Source: the human T2T-CHM13v2.0 reference genome, Homo sapiens | Length of the DNA: 64,000 nt | Reading direction: 5' to 3' (one strand) | Assembly (NCBI RefSeq): GCF_009914755.1 | Contig: NC_060945.1 | Shown: positions 44,326 through 58,035 of the stretch, piece by piece | Numbering within the stretch: position 1 is the first letter of the stretch | Layout: the number at the start of each line of letters is the position of its first letter | The notes under the pieces: model-generated | What the model saw: only the letters and a program-made list of their open reading frames with translations | What the model was told of the DNA's origin: nothing | Database searches by the model: none | Translations under genes and position numbers: made by a program

Positions 44326-44565
44326 AAACCATCTCGCTAATTTGTAAAGACATGCAAAGTGAGTCTAGTTGAAGGTGTAAATCCAATATAGCACTTTATA
44401 TTTAGAAATTGCTATTTTGGACTGAAGCCTATTCAGTCTTTGATAGCGTATATTTTTCTGGTTAGCTTCCTTTTAGCCTACTTTTCCCCATAATTTACCT
44501 GTTCATGAGAAATACTACAAATGTTTGAGTTGATAGTCTGGTTTTAATACATATCTTTATTATGA

Positions 44566-45242
<677 letters not shown>

Positions 45243-45837
45243 TGAGGGGGTTTTTTTTGTTTTTTTTTTTTTGTTTTTTATGTAAAAGGAAACTATAGCA
45301 AACGACTATTTCTGGAAATCCATAGAAACAAAAAAGAGTTGCTGGCCAGATTTACTAAAGGTTCTATATGTCTTTATCAGCTTTCTTTATTTTACTGCTC
45401 ACTCTTGTCCACAGGCATTCATAAAGCTTTATCTAGACAAATTCACAAAGACAGCAACAATAATGATGCTGCCGTGGAAAAGGCCAAAGGTAAAGAAGAG
45501 GTAAGAAAAGCAAAGCTTTGATATATTATGCTAAGTGTAAAAGACTGGTTTCATTGTTGTTTTGCTCTTCATTTCAAAACTGCACACCCTACAATAATTT
45601 TAGGTGAAAAATCAATACGGATAAAAAACAAAACTACTTTTTTAAAACCTTTGTGCCTGTAATTTTTTATTATTCTTTCAAAAATAAATATATGCTTGAC
45701 CCCTGCCCACTGGAAGTCACGGAATTTCACCTTCATTGGTAATTTGTAGATACAAGAGTTAGCTGACTGCAGAGAGCATTTTCACCCTGATGTGACAGGG
45801 ATTTATAAATGTATTATGAAATATCAGCCACGGGTGA

Positions 45838-45887
45838 TATTCACTAAGGAGGAACTATGAGCTATTCACTAAGGAGGAACTATAAGC
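45838..45887. repeat. 25-bp tandem duplication
   Basis: TATTCACTAAGGAGGAACTAT(G/A)AGC twice, one mismatch. Confidence 0.95.
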
Positions 45888-46956
45888 TAATTTTTGTGAA
45901 TACAAACAGGTTTTCTTATAGTCAATTGGAGAGAAGGAAAAAAGTAGTGGCAATACTTCAGGAAAAGAACTGTGTATAACTTGAGCCAGAAGCTGATTTC
46001 AGAGGAAGTGAGTAGCAGAGCACAGCATGACACTCTGAAGGCTTAAATGCAAAGCATTCATCTGAGTTCCCGGAAGACCAGAAAGTCAACCTTCTTGACA
46101 TCAGCCTATCCTGGAAGCAGAGTGAGCAGAAAAAGGCCTAGGGTTGGTGTTTATATTAACAAAGTGACTCCTTCTTTCTCCAGGAACCATTAGCCATGCT
46201 AGTAGATAGTTAAAGGAGTGGGTTTGGGCAAGATTCTTACTTCCCACAAGCAACTATGCATGATACTAGATTTACTTGTTTCCTGTAACTTCAAGTTGAG
46301 AGTGTATATAAGGGAGGAGCATTAGAATGTCCAGATTGTATTTTTCTGAGATATTATGAATATAGCTATGAAAAAGTGTCTCCCAATCACCTATGTGTGT
46401 ATTAACAAAGCCATATTTTGAGGCACTAAAATAATAACAATTATAGAGTCACTAAAAGAATAATTCAATCCTCCTGCCTCTCTCTTTAGTGACAGATTTT
46501 CTTTCAATGTGTCTCTCCTTCTCCTATCCCTCAGTCTGCAATCAAGCTTCCTTCAGAAAACATTTTAAAGATTCATTTAATACGTCATGAAAAAAAATGA
46601 GTGGGTGTTTTCCTGTTCAAGAAAGACTAAAATTTCTGCATTTATAAACTTTAAGTGTCTTAATAGAAATTATAGAAACATAAGTAATTATCCAAACTTT
46701 ATTTATACATTGATTTTTTAAAGCAGACATGACCTTAAGATTCTGGCGGAAGTATGGCAAGATTTTATTTATTTATTGACATATGCACTTCAATGTCCAT
46801 TTTATTCCCTCTCTTCCCTTTGGTTCTCTTAGATATTTCTGTTCCCAGAATTCAGGTGCAGCCCCTGGTGACTAACTGGTAAATTCACTTCAAACATGGA
46901 GCAAATGAGGGAGAAACACCAAAATCACCGACCTCCTTTCAGAATTTCTTCTTGGC

Positions 46957-47133
<177 letters not shown>

Positions 47134-47745
47134 TAGGTTTCCTCTTTCTAGCCTGTTTGAACGTCTTCATACCTCTACATCAACCCACCACTGTAGAAAT
47201 TCCAAGTAGGAGTCATTTTTCTCTATTGTTTTTGCATTCATCTCAACGAATAGGCTATTTCTTTCTGGCTTAAATATTCTTTAATTCAGCCTCAAGGTTT
47301 TGCTAATTATATTCATCTAATCGAATAAATTTATTGAACAATAGCTGTGCATCTTTCATTACACCAGACATTGCATTCATTCTTCAAAATTATACCTCTC
47401 TCTGCATACCCTCCCCTAAAAATTATCTCTCTCTTGAAAACTATATATCCCTGGAAATAGTGTGCATATATGTAACATATATTTTACATACATAAAACAT
47501 ATGTCACATATATGTGCAAATTCTTGTTCAGAATTTCCAGCTCTCTATTGCACATCTTGCTTATCTCAAATTCAATGGCTCAAAACTAAACTTATCATTA
47601 TTCTATCAACCCAACTTCTCCCCATGACCCCATGACTTTTTATCTCTGTAATGGTACTGTCATCATTCCATAGACAAGGATTTGAAATTTTAAGTGTCTT
47701 GAATTTTTCTTTCTTTATTTCCATAGGCAGTCAGTTGCTGATTAA

Positions 47746-47746
<1 letters not shown>

Positions 47747-47776
<30 letters not shown>
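47747..47776. repeat. (CA)~15 microsatellite
   Basis: Direct read. Confidence 0.95.
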
Positions 47777-47777
<1 letters not shown>

Positions 47778-47847
47778 CTGCACACAGGCATATACATGCA
47801 CATGTGCATTTCAAATATTGTTTAAATCTGTCCTCTTCTTTCCATTC

Positions 47848-48287
47848 TGTGGTAAATATGTTACAAAAATGGTCCAAGTTCTTTATCCTTCCCTGCATCA
47901 TGTTTTTCTTCTTGTGGTTGTGAGGTCTCTGACTCAGGTTGGTCATGGGACTCGCTTTGTCCAGTGAGAAGTTAGCAGATTGGGACTTAAATGGTTTTTA
48001 AAAAGTACTTGTGATTTTCCACTTTGCTCTTGTCCTTGTGCCACTGGCATGAGAAGTGCCAAGTCTAGCCTGGGAGAGGATGTGAGGTTTGTGACTCCCC
48101 ATCAGGTTGCCCTAGTTATTGCAGTGAAGGCCATCCCAGAGCAGCATCAGCCAGGTGGTCACAAGACATGTGAGTGGTCCCAGCCAAGATCAAGGGAGCT
48201 GAAGAGTCACCTGGCTAGTCAGTTGATGAAAATAAACAGTTCGTATATCATTTTGTGATCATTTGTAACAACTAATAATCTATATAC
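47848..48287 (+). mobile_element. MLT1H-like LTR
   Basis: TGTGGTAAATATGTTACAAAAATGGTCCAAGTTCTT..GGTCATGGGACTCGCTTTGTCCA..CCCAGCCAAGATCA..AATAAA. Confidence 0.7.
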
Positions 48288-50084
48288 TTTCATTCTACCA
48301 TGACTTAATATAGGGCTTTACTATATTGACCTAGGCTATTACAGCATTCATATGCAAACTAACCTTTTACCGAACATTCTTCCTCTAATTCACCTTTCCC
48401 AATACTGGTGGTTCATTTTTCCTTTTAGATAATAAATAATAAGATATTCCTTCTTAAAATCCTAAACTAATACTCTCTTGCCTATCAAGTCAATCCAAAT
48501 TCCCTACCCTTGGCATTAAAGGCCTTTTGACACTACCTCTCAATGGATCATTATTTGTAGCATTTCTTCTATGCAGAACACACTTCCTCCTCCACCACCA
48601 TGTTTACAAATAACACCCACCCTTCACGGCAGAATTGAAATCCCACTTTCTTCTTGGTTAACCAGCCAAGAGTGATTTCTTTCTTTTCTGATCTAACTTT
48701 TTTCTTTATACATGCCTTACAGCATTGACCACATTCTGATTTATAAAATAATTGACACGGCACAAGTCTTATCTCACTTTATATCCTGATTTATACTTAA
48801 GGGCAGAGATCTGAGCCATCCTTTACTCTTCCTCAGCTACTCTTTCTGTATGTTCCTTTCTGTATCTTGTCATGACTACTACTGCACCCCCTCCATAACT
48901 TCAAGCTTCCCAGTCTCCAAGCACTAGCTCCTCTCTCCTCCCAGATCTCAACAATTCCTCCATCTCATCAGAACTTTCAATTCTATACTCCTATACCTTT
49001 TCAATGCCCAGTACCATCTTTTTATGACTCAATCAGGATGACATGATTCATTATACACTCTTGCATTTTACTCTCTGTTCCCTTGGACTTCTCCCTCTCT
49101 TTTAATCACCAGATAAAACTACAGTTCAGAGTAAATAAAATTATTTGCCTTTTCTACACTGGCACTTTTGCAGCTGCATGTGACTAAAGAAAATTATACA
49201 ACCATGTTGATTAATCTCACTTTAAGTTTATAACCAAAAACTTCAATCTCTCCTTTAGTGCTGCATGACAAACCATTATTTTCCTCTTGGCCAGTCATTT
49301 AATTTTAAGTAACAAAATCATAACATTCTCTCTTTTTCTAATCATCCCAACATTCTTTTTCTCTTCCTCATCATCAACTATTAGCCTTGTTTTTTATCTA
49401 CTGGGAAAACAGAGGCAATCATAAATGAATTTCCAAATACTTTTGCTTCCATTTCATCAATGTATTTTTATTTGCACCATATATTTTGTCAATGGATTAC
49501 ATTCCTATCTAAGGAAACACCCTTTCTATATCTATTCTATGGAACCCCTTCTCTCCTACTCAAGTCAATCCTGCAAGTAATCCTTATATTTTCTATATCA
49601 TTAATTTTTCCCATTCTACCAGATTAATGCTATCTGCATATAATGCTTCAATATTGCCCATCTTGAAAAGAAATGATTTTACTATGATTTTTTCAAGAGG
49701 CCTTCTTCAGTTCTTTGCTTCCCTATACAGATAAACTCCTCTGCTCTGCCCCTTTTTAAATTCTAATTTCTACCAGCAGTTTTTAAAAATCTCTCTGCCT
49801 TTATCTGAAAAAATGTGCATAATTGCAGCATTTAGCTCTAAGAAGTGCTGTGAGGAATAACTGAATTCATTCAAGAAAACTATTCACAGTATGGTTGGTA
49901 GGTACATAGATCAATTAATTAGATAATCTATAAATGACCTTTTTAAAATATAAAGGCAGATAATAATGTTATTATTATATATATAATAATGTTGTTAGAT
50001 AATGTTATTGTTATCTTTACTTCTCTTCTTACTGTCTCTGGAATCCACTCTCATTGATACGAATTTATTGTGTGGTTGTAAAGG

Positions 50085-50582
50085 AGGCACTGGGTCAAGA
50101 TCCAGTCAAAAAATACAGAAACCATGCTGGATGTTTCAAAAAGAAGGGATTTAATACGGGATATCAGTAAAATAGATGCTGGAAGGCTAGAGGCATAAGA
50201 GGAAAAGGTAAAGTAACTCAGAGATGAGAAACTTCAGATAATAGCTAGCATCTCTGGGTCTAGGAGAGCATAGAGAGGAAATGCTATTTATAGGAACTGC
50301 GGCCAGGGATAGAGCTGGTGCCTAAGAAGTTGAAGAGTTGGAAGAGGCACATTGCCCACAAACAAAGAAAGAGGGTTAGAACTAGAGATGAAGAACTTAT
50401 GGGTTGTCCTCTTATTTTGGTTTCTAATCTCCCACTAGTTCCACCAATTTAGAAAACCCCAAAAAGAGCCAACTATGAAAGCATCCTGGAAATTGTTTGC
50501 ACAGCCATAATTCCAGAATTATTTGCCAGGGCACAGAATGGTATGTTTGGAGCTAAAAGACATTTGGTAAATTTCTGGCAAG
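50085..50582 (-). mobile_element. LTR41/LTR33-like ERVL LTR
   Basis: GTCAAGATCCAGTCAAAAAATACAGAAACCATGCTGGATGTTTC..GGATTTAATACGGGA..CCTGGAAATTGTTTGCA..GTTTGGAGCTAAAAGACA. Confidence 0.55.
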
Positions 50583-50991
50583 GAACATTTTTATAATTAG
50601 TGACTACACTAAGAAATATAACTTTGGCATAATCCTAAAGAAGTTAGCAATAAAATATCAGGAAAAAAATTACTCAGGATAACTTCATGGCAAAAGATCT
50701 GAAGGTGCTTCATTTATTTTATTCATTCATCCATTTGTGGAACAATGTTACAGTGGAATATTCTGCTTGGAAAACAATGCTATGTCTGGTTGTATGAGAA
50801 TGGAAATAAGTAGTATCACAAGCACCATAGAAAAAAGGAGAGAAAAGATCTTCAGAGATGATGAAAGTTGTTTTGTTCACACATTGTCAAAACAATAATT
50901 GTCTCCTAGGTGAAAGAGAACATGTTTCCATTTCTAGGTAATTGTCAACTTTTTCTTTCTCAAGCTGTGTGTTGTAACTTTATAGGTAGAA

Positions 50992-51032
50992 GTGTGTGTG
51001 TGTGTGTACGTGTGTGTATGTGCACGTGTGTG
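50992..51032. repeat. Imperfect (TG)n
   Basis: Direct read. Confidence 0.8.
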
Positions 51033-51059
51033 CATGGCAGGGTGGACGGTTTGGAGTCA

Positions 51060-51295
51060 TACAGTATAGAGGACAAAACTTGAAGCCAGACAACTCGAGT
51101 TTAAGTCCCAGATCTGGCTCTTTTATCTTTGGCACCTAAAGCAAATAAATTCACCTTTTTGTGCCTTAAACCTCTCATAAGTAAAATGTTAGTACTTAAC
51201 GATGTTGTATTCAATTAGTTGATGCATATGTAAAGTTATTTAGAACTGTATCTGCCGCCATGTAGAATTAACACTATGTAAATGCTACCTGTTAT
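51060..51295 (+). mobile_element. MIR
   Basis: GAAGCCAGACAACTCGAGTTTAAGTCCCAGATCTG..TTTGTGCCTTAAACCTCTCATAAGTAAAATG..ACTATGTAAATGCTA. Confidence 0.7.
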
Positions 51296-52354
51296 TTGTC
51301 TTGTGAATTTTGTCATAGTTTTAATTTTTTTCTACAATTTAATTTTTCCTGTACATTTTTTTCATGTTTAGTTTTCCATAAGATAACATGATATGTGAAA
51401 TTACCAAATATTCCATTCTATGGCTTAATATATTTCATTTATTCATCCATTCACTCATTCTAATCTAAGTTTCCCAGCAGCAGCTTAGAATCACTCAATT
51501 GTAAATAATCCCATATGAAGTGGAAATAAAAGCACAATATTCACACCAGTTCAAATACCTGACTGAATATGTCCATCATTCTCTCTGAAGACTGCACCAA
51601 AAGATGTACTGTTTCTCTCCAACATCGTACTCAAATCCTTAATCATGTAACTAAAACCTCTTCCTGAGAATCTATATATTAGAATGATTGTAAAAGTGGC
51701 ATTATCTCTTTCTCACTGAGAATATGCTTCTCAGAAGAGGAAAATTGGCTCCAAATAGAGCTTATATTTTACTTCCCTCTTTTATAACCCTTAGATGTTT
51801 CAAGGGGACTATGTAACAGAGTCAGTCACTTCTCTACTACCAAGACTAATGATTAAAGTATAAATTGCATGAAGTTCACAAGTCATCAGAGACTATTATA
51901 TATGACAGAGATTGATACTATATCTTTCACTGGTTGGCCTATAGCACAGGAATAAAATGTACATATTTCACAGATTGATACTTTAGCAAAATCATAGTAA
52001 AATGGTTTACATTACTTCTAAGACAATTCTAAGAATATTTGCATATACTGTGTACCTGTGTGTGGACCGTATGTCTATATATTGCATATATGAGCACTAC
52101 TTAATTTTCTTGCTGTCAGAAAAATAAATAAATAAATTTCCCTTATCAGAACGTCCCATTCCTCATCACCTTTCCAGTTTGCCTTGTCCTGTGCAATTAA
52201 CTATTGAATATTGCATACAATGATAAATGATTTATTCAAGGCCTGTCTCTCCCCAAATTTAAATGCAGCAATACCCAATAGTGGTAAAATAAATGCCAAG
52301 CCTTTTTACTGTTACCAAAAAGTTTCTGGCTATGTTTGAGTTTTATTTCTTCTT

Positions 52355-53200
52355 TTTAAAAAATTTTATTCTAACAAAATGCATAGGATTTTAAATGTTC
52401 AGTTCAGTGTATTTGACAATTATATATGACTATGACCTGTGTAATGATCAAATAAAAGAAGATTTAGCACATTTCTGTCACCACAGAAAGTTCTTTTTTG
52501 TCTCTTTCCAGACAATTTTCCCTCCAAAGGCAGCCGCTTTCTGACTTCTGTAACCGTCTGTCAGTTCATCCCTTTGATTGCCTGGCATCATTTGCTCCGT
52601 GTAGTGTCTGCAAGATTCCTCCATTCTGCTGTGTATTTCAGTGATGGATTCCCTTATTGCTGGGTAGTGCTTATTATGTGGGTTTACCACAATGTGTTTT
52701 TCTCTTCTCCTGTTGATAGGCATTTGGTTTGTTTCCAGATTTAGTCTATTACGTTTTAGAGTTATTGATTATAGATTACTGTTCCATAGTGACATATGCA
52801 TGTGTGCGTTCATGTGTGCGTGTTTATATGTGTGTATCAAACATTGTAAACTAATTGTAAATGACCAATTCATTTCCCTCATGAGGAGAAATTATAAATT
52901 TTCATCTTACCTAGTTGACCATTTGTTTTCCATCATAATTACTTCTTTTTGTATCCTGTCTGAAAAATGATCTTCCTATCGCCCGGTCACAGGGGAATAG
53001 TTTCTATATTTTCTTTTACAAAACATGGCTCTAGAATTTATGCTTAAATCTATGATGAAGCTTGGAAAAAATTTATTTATAGAATTAGCTAGGGGTTGAC
53101 AAAATATTTTAATATGAATATCCACTTAATTTAGTATCATTTGTCTTGACATCTATGCAAATATTTTAATAATATTTACACAAGCTGACTTTTGAACTCT
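52355..53200 (-). mobile_element. L1ME-type 3' end
   Basis: TTTTAAATGTTCAGTTCAGTGTATTTGACAA..CATTTCTGTCACCACAGAAAGTTC..CTTTCTGACTTCT..CCTGTTGATAGGCATTTGGTTTGTTTCCAG. Confidence 0.75.
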
Positions 53201-53329
53201 ATACCCCTTAGTTAAATAGATTAGTTTAGAAAATAAGTTTATGTGTCTTAAAAGCACATCATGTCACATTCATCTTTGGACAATATTTACTTAATACTTA
53301 CTTAAAGGTATATTGTATAATATGATAGT

Positions 53330-54071
53330 TGTTATGGACTGAATTATGTGTCTTCAAAATTCACATGTTGAATCCCTAACTCAAAGAGCCTCAGGATGAC
53401 TGTATTTGAAAATAGGACATTTAAAGAGGTACTTAAGTTAAATGAGTCTGTTAGGGTGGGCATAATCCTTAATCCAATCTGACTGTTGTCCTTATATCAG
53501 GAGATTAGGATACACAAAAAGAGACACGAGCAATATGCGTGTGCTCAAAGGGGTGACCACGTGAAGAGGAAGCAAGAAAGGGCCATGGACAACCCAAAGA
53601 AAGAGGCCTCAGAGGAGTACAGTCCTGCCACCTTGATCTCAGACTTCCAGCCTCCAGAACTATGAGAAATACATTTCTGTTGTTAAAGCCATCCTGCGTA
53701 TTCTATTTTGTTATGGCATCTCTGTTCCCCCACCCCCAAAATTCCTGTGTTGAATCCTTAACCACCCCTGTGACTAGATTTAGAGATAGGGTCTTTAAGG
53801 CAGTCATTAAGGTTAAATGAGGCCATAATGGGGCAGACCTAATCCAATATGACTGATGATACTGGTCACAGAGAAAGGCCCTGTGAGGACACTCTCTGCA
53901 AGCCAAGGAGAGAGAACTCAGGAGAAACCAAATTTGCTCACCCCTTGATCTTGGACTTCCAGGCACTAGAATGGTGAGAAATAAATTTCTGTTGTTTAAG
54001 TGACCCAGTCTGTGATATTTTGTTATGGCAGTCCTAGGACAGTAATGCAGCAGCCCTGGCAAACTAATACA
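53330..54071 (+). mobile_element. MLT1B-like LTR with a second MLT1 (A0-like) LTR nested near its 3' end (~53709-54049)
   Basis: Two successive MLT1 bodies. The inner one ends GTCCTAGGACAGTAATGCA (54049); the outer tail GCAGCCCTGGCAAACTAATACA resumes at 54050-54071. Confidence 0.85.
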
Positions 54072-55330
54072 GAGTGCTAGCTAGAAGCAAATATTCTAGA
54101 TATAGGGAACATGCGGCCTGAGAACAGCTTCTGGGAAAATCTGATTTCTTAGATTCAGGTTCTGATTTCAGTCTTTTTTGATCCCCACACCATCGTCTCT
54201 AAGACTGGCTGGGATGCCTAAACTGCTTTTCTCATTGTAAAAAGCAATGGTCACTAACCTGTCACATTCTACTTCTGCCCACCTATTTCTGTCCTCCTCT
54301 TGGCCTCTGTCTCACCCAAAACAAACAATTAAACCCAGATACTCTGAAAATTTGTCTCTAGAAGTTCAGTTTTCACAAGAATATTCTCCATCAAATTCCT
54401 GACTATTGGTTAACCTACGCCAAAAAAAAAAAAAAAAATTAGAAGAGGTGAGAGAATCTCTATTGATATTTCCTCCCATTTTTGTTCTTTATCCATGAAG
54501 AATGAAGGAATAAGGAGATAACAGAATTTCTGACAACTTCAGCCTCTTGGTTCCACAAAGAAAAATAAAAGTAACTCTTTCCTGCCTCAGCCTTCCTGGT
54601 GTGGGAGATGCTAATGACAGTGCGGTGGAAAAAACAAGAGCAGCAAAAGCAATGTCAGTGTGAATTCTGTTCTTGTCAAGTGAAATAATAATAATTACCA
54701 TTTTCCTGATCATTATAAATGTCTAGTGAAAAAAACAACTAGAATAACCCAAGATTTTTCCCCTGATGGGTTCATTATGCTCAGTGGTTTAATATATGTC
54801 ATTTTTTTAAAAAGCCTAAAGTTAAAGATTTAATTTAAATCTTAACTAGCAAATAATATGTATAGATATAATTGCATATGTATATAATATATACATAAAT
54901 ACATATGTATAATATAATATATACATAAAACACCATATTTGGGGAAAATAGAGTATGCCAAGATATCTTAAGACAGTCTGCATACAAAGGTGGTCTTGAA
55001 AAACTAATTTTGAATGCAAAGAATATAAACAAAGAGATATAAATGTCAACTTCGTTAGGTATCAATATTTAAATTAACAGTTATTAAAAATGTAGAAGTA
55101 CTATAAAATTAAGTTTATTACCTAATTTAATATTTATCACTAAATAGTTGTTTTACTTGAGGCAGGTCTGTACTAGTCAGACTTTTAGCCATATCAGCTT
55201 ATGAAAAACAATTAGTGCATTTTAGTAGCCTCCCTTTTTTTAATCTGTCTAGTAAGTTTTTTAACTATAAATTTCTGTACCAAAGAAATACTACATAGCA
55301 GTTATGTTATATTCTGAAATTATGATTTTG

Positions 55331-55334
<4 letters not shown>

Positions 55335-55362
<28 letters not shown>

Positions 55363-55644
55363 TGAGATGGAGTCTTGCTTCTTCACCCAGGCTGGAGTGC
55401 AGTAGCGTGATCTTGGCTCACCACAACCTCCGTCTCCTGGGTTCAAGCAATTCTCCTGCCTCAGCCTCCCCAGTAGCTGGGATTACAGGCACCACCACCT
55501 ATGCCTGGCTAATTTTTGAATTTTTAGTAGAGATGGGGTTTCACCATGTTGGCCAGGCTGGTCTTGAACTCCTGACCTCAAGTGATCCGCCTGCCTTGGC
55601 CTCCCAAAGTGCTCGATTACAGGCTTGAGCCATCACGCTCAGCC
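55335..55644 (-). mobile_element. AluSz-like
   Basis: GACCTCAAGTGATCC; long T tail; 14-bp TSD TATGATTTTGTTTT at 55321-55334 and 55645-55658. Confidence 0.96.
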
Positions 55645-56133
55645 TATGATTTTGTTTTCAATGAAAATTAAACACACCAGTTTACTGAAGATAAAAGTTT
55701 TCAGTCATATAACATTTATGAAATGAGCTTGAATTGTACATCCTGTTTAGGTGAGTCCAAAACTTTTTTGTTTCGTGTACTCGTGTCAATTGGGAGGGAT
55801 AAAGAGGTAGCATATGCTATGACTTTTTGGTCTGTTGTATGCATGTAATATTTCCATGATTTTCCAAGATTTCTATGTTTATTCCTTATTTTGCCCTGGG
55901 GTGTTTTTCTGTAGTAAATCTCTATTTTAAAATGTATTTGAATGCAAAATAACCTTGAGTCCCCAAAAGGCTGAAAAATTTGCAAGCAACATGTCACAGA
56001 AAGAAGAAAAATAAGAATGAATACATTAAACTTCATTACATTTCTATTCTTTTCTTTTTCTTTCAATTTTTTTTTTCACCTCAGCAGTGCAGAGAGGTAC
56101 ATTTCATTTTAAGTATAAACTTTATTTCTTTGA

Positions 56134-56411
56134 TGTCTTAGCCCACTCAGGCTGCTATAACAAAATACCTTAGACTGGGTAATGTATAAACAGCAAATAT
56201 TTATTGTTCATAGATCTGGAAGCTAGGAAGTCCAAGATTGAGGTACCAGCAGATTAAATGTCTGATGAGGATTCATTCCTCATAGATGTCACTTTTTATG
56301 TCTTCACATGATAGAAGGGTGAATAAGCTCCCTCAGACACTAATCACCTCCCCTAAGGCCTGCTTCACACCACCACATGAGGTATTAGGTTTCAACATAT
56401 GAATCTGGGGA
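56134..56411 (-). mobile_element. MLT1A/MSTD-like LTR
   Basis: TGTCTTAGCCCACTCAGGCTGCTATAACAAAATACCTTAGACTGGG..TTAGGTTTCAACATATGAATCTGGGG. Confidence 0.85.
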
Positions 56412-57613
56412 CCCCCATGGCTGCTCTCAAGGGTTGGAGTTGAGCTCCTGTGGATTTTCTAGGCTCAGGATGCAAGCTGCCCATGGCTCTCCCATTTTCA
56501 GGTCTGGAGGGCAGCAGCCCCACTCCCATAGCTCCATTAGGCGGTACCCCAGTGGGGACTCCATGTGAGTGTTCCAACCCCACATTTCTCCACAGCACTA
56601 CCCTAGTGGAGGTTCTTTGCAAGGGCTCTGCCCCTGTGGCTTGGCACCCAGGCCTTCTCATACATCCTCTGAAATCTAGGTGGAAGCTGCCAAGCCTCCT
56701 TTATTCTTGCATTCTGTGTGCCTGAAGGCTTAACATCATGTGGAAGTCACCAAGGTTTATAGCTTGCACCCTCTGGAGCCATGGCCTGAGTTGTACTGGA
56801 ACCCTTCGGGCCATGGCTGGAGTTAAAGCTAAAGTAGCCAGGATATGGGAAGCAGTATCCTGAGGGTGCATAGAGTAGTGAGCCCTGAGCCTGGCTCTGG
56901 AAATCATTTTTTCCTACTGAGCCTCTGGGCTTGTGATAAGAGGGACTTACTCAAAGATCCCTGAAATGCCTTCAAGGCCTTTTTCTCATTGTCTTGCATA
57001 TTAGCACTTGGCTCTCAGTTAGTCAGGCAAATCTCTCCAGCAAGTGGTTGCTCCTAAGCCCACTTGTATTCCTCTCCTAAAAAAAGCTTTTTCTTCCTCT
57101 GCTACATAGCTAACCTGCAAATTTTCCAAACTTTTACACTCTGCTTTCCTTTTAAATATAAATTCCAACATTAAGTCATTCCTTTGCTCCTGTATCTGAT
57201 CATAGGCTGTTAGAATCAGCTAGACCATGTCTTGAATGTTTTGCTGCTTAGAAAGTTCTTCCATAAGGTACCCTGGGTCATCACTTTTAAGTTCTACCTT
57301 CCACAAAGCTGTAAGGAATGAACACTATTAAGCTAAGTTCTTAGCTAGGGAGTAACAGGGGTGACCTTTACTCCAGTTCTCAATAAGTTCGTTATTTCTG
57401 TCTGAGATCTCATCAGCCTGGCCTTCACTGTCCATATCTCTATCAGCATTTTGGTCCCAACTATTTAACCAGTCTCTAAGAAGTTAAAAACTTTCCCTCA
57501 TCTTCCTGTCTTCTTCTGAGCCCTCCAAGCTCTTCCAGCTTCTGCATATTACACAGTTCCAAAGCTGATTCCACATTTTCAGATATCTTTTTAGCAACTT
57601 GGTGCCAATTTTC
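56412..57613 (-). mobile_element. MST-int (MaLR internal region), 3' part missing
   Basis: GCTCCATTAGGCGGTACCCCAGTGGGGACTC..CCAACCCCACATTTC; TCTTCTTCTGAGCCCTCCAA..TTCCACATTTTCAGATATCTT. ORF 56392-56661 resembles MaLR ORF remnants. Confidence 0.9.
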
Positions 57614-58035
57614 TATGTTGGTCTGCAAGTATTGCTCTAAAGGATTACCTGAGGCTGGATAATTTATTAAAAAAAAAGTTTATTTTGGCTTACTATTCTT
57701 CAGGCTGTACAAGAAGCATAGTGTAAGCATCTACTCCTAGTGATGCCTCAGGAAGCTTACAATCATGGCAGAAGGCAACAGAGAGCCAGTGCATTATATA
57801 GTAAGAGGAAGCAAGGGTGGGAGGAGGTGCCATGGTCTTTTAAACAACCAGATCTCTTGTGAACTAAGCAATAACTTGCTTATGACTTAGCACTAGGGGA
57901 TGATGCAGGGGATGATAAGTCATTCGTAAGGTATCTGCCCCCATGATCAAATACCTCCCACCAGCCTCTACCTCCAACACTGAAGGTCACATTTCAGCAT
58001 CATATTTTAAGGAAACAAACATCCAAACTATATCA
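57614..58035 (-). mobile_element. MSTB-like 5' LTR
   Basis: GGCTGTACAAGAAGCAT..CTCAGGAAGCTTACAATCATGGCAGAAGG..TTTTAAACAACCAGATCTC..ACAAACATCCAAACTATATCA. Confidence 0.9.

Larger units (their letters stand above)
47540..49760 (+). mobile_element. L2 fragments, interrupted by (CA)n and an MLT1 LTR
   Basis: Pyrimidine-rich L2-like motifs (TCTCAAATTCAATGGCTCAAAACTAAACTTATCAT; CCAAATTCCCTACCCTTGGCATTAAAGGCC). Boundaries approximate. Confidence 0.55.

Noticed and set aside
49971-49990. Perfect 20-bp palindrome ATTATTATATATATAATAAT
   Set aside because: AT-only low complexity, expected by slippage in this composition.
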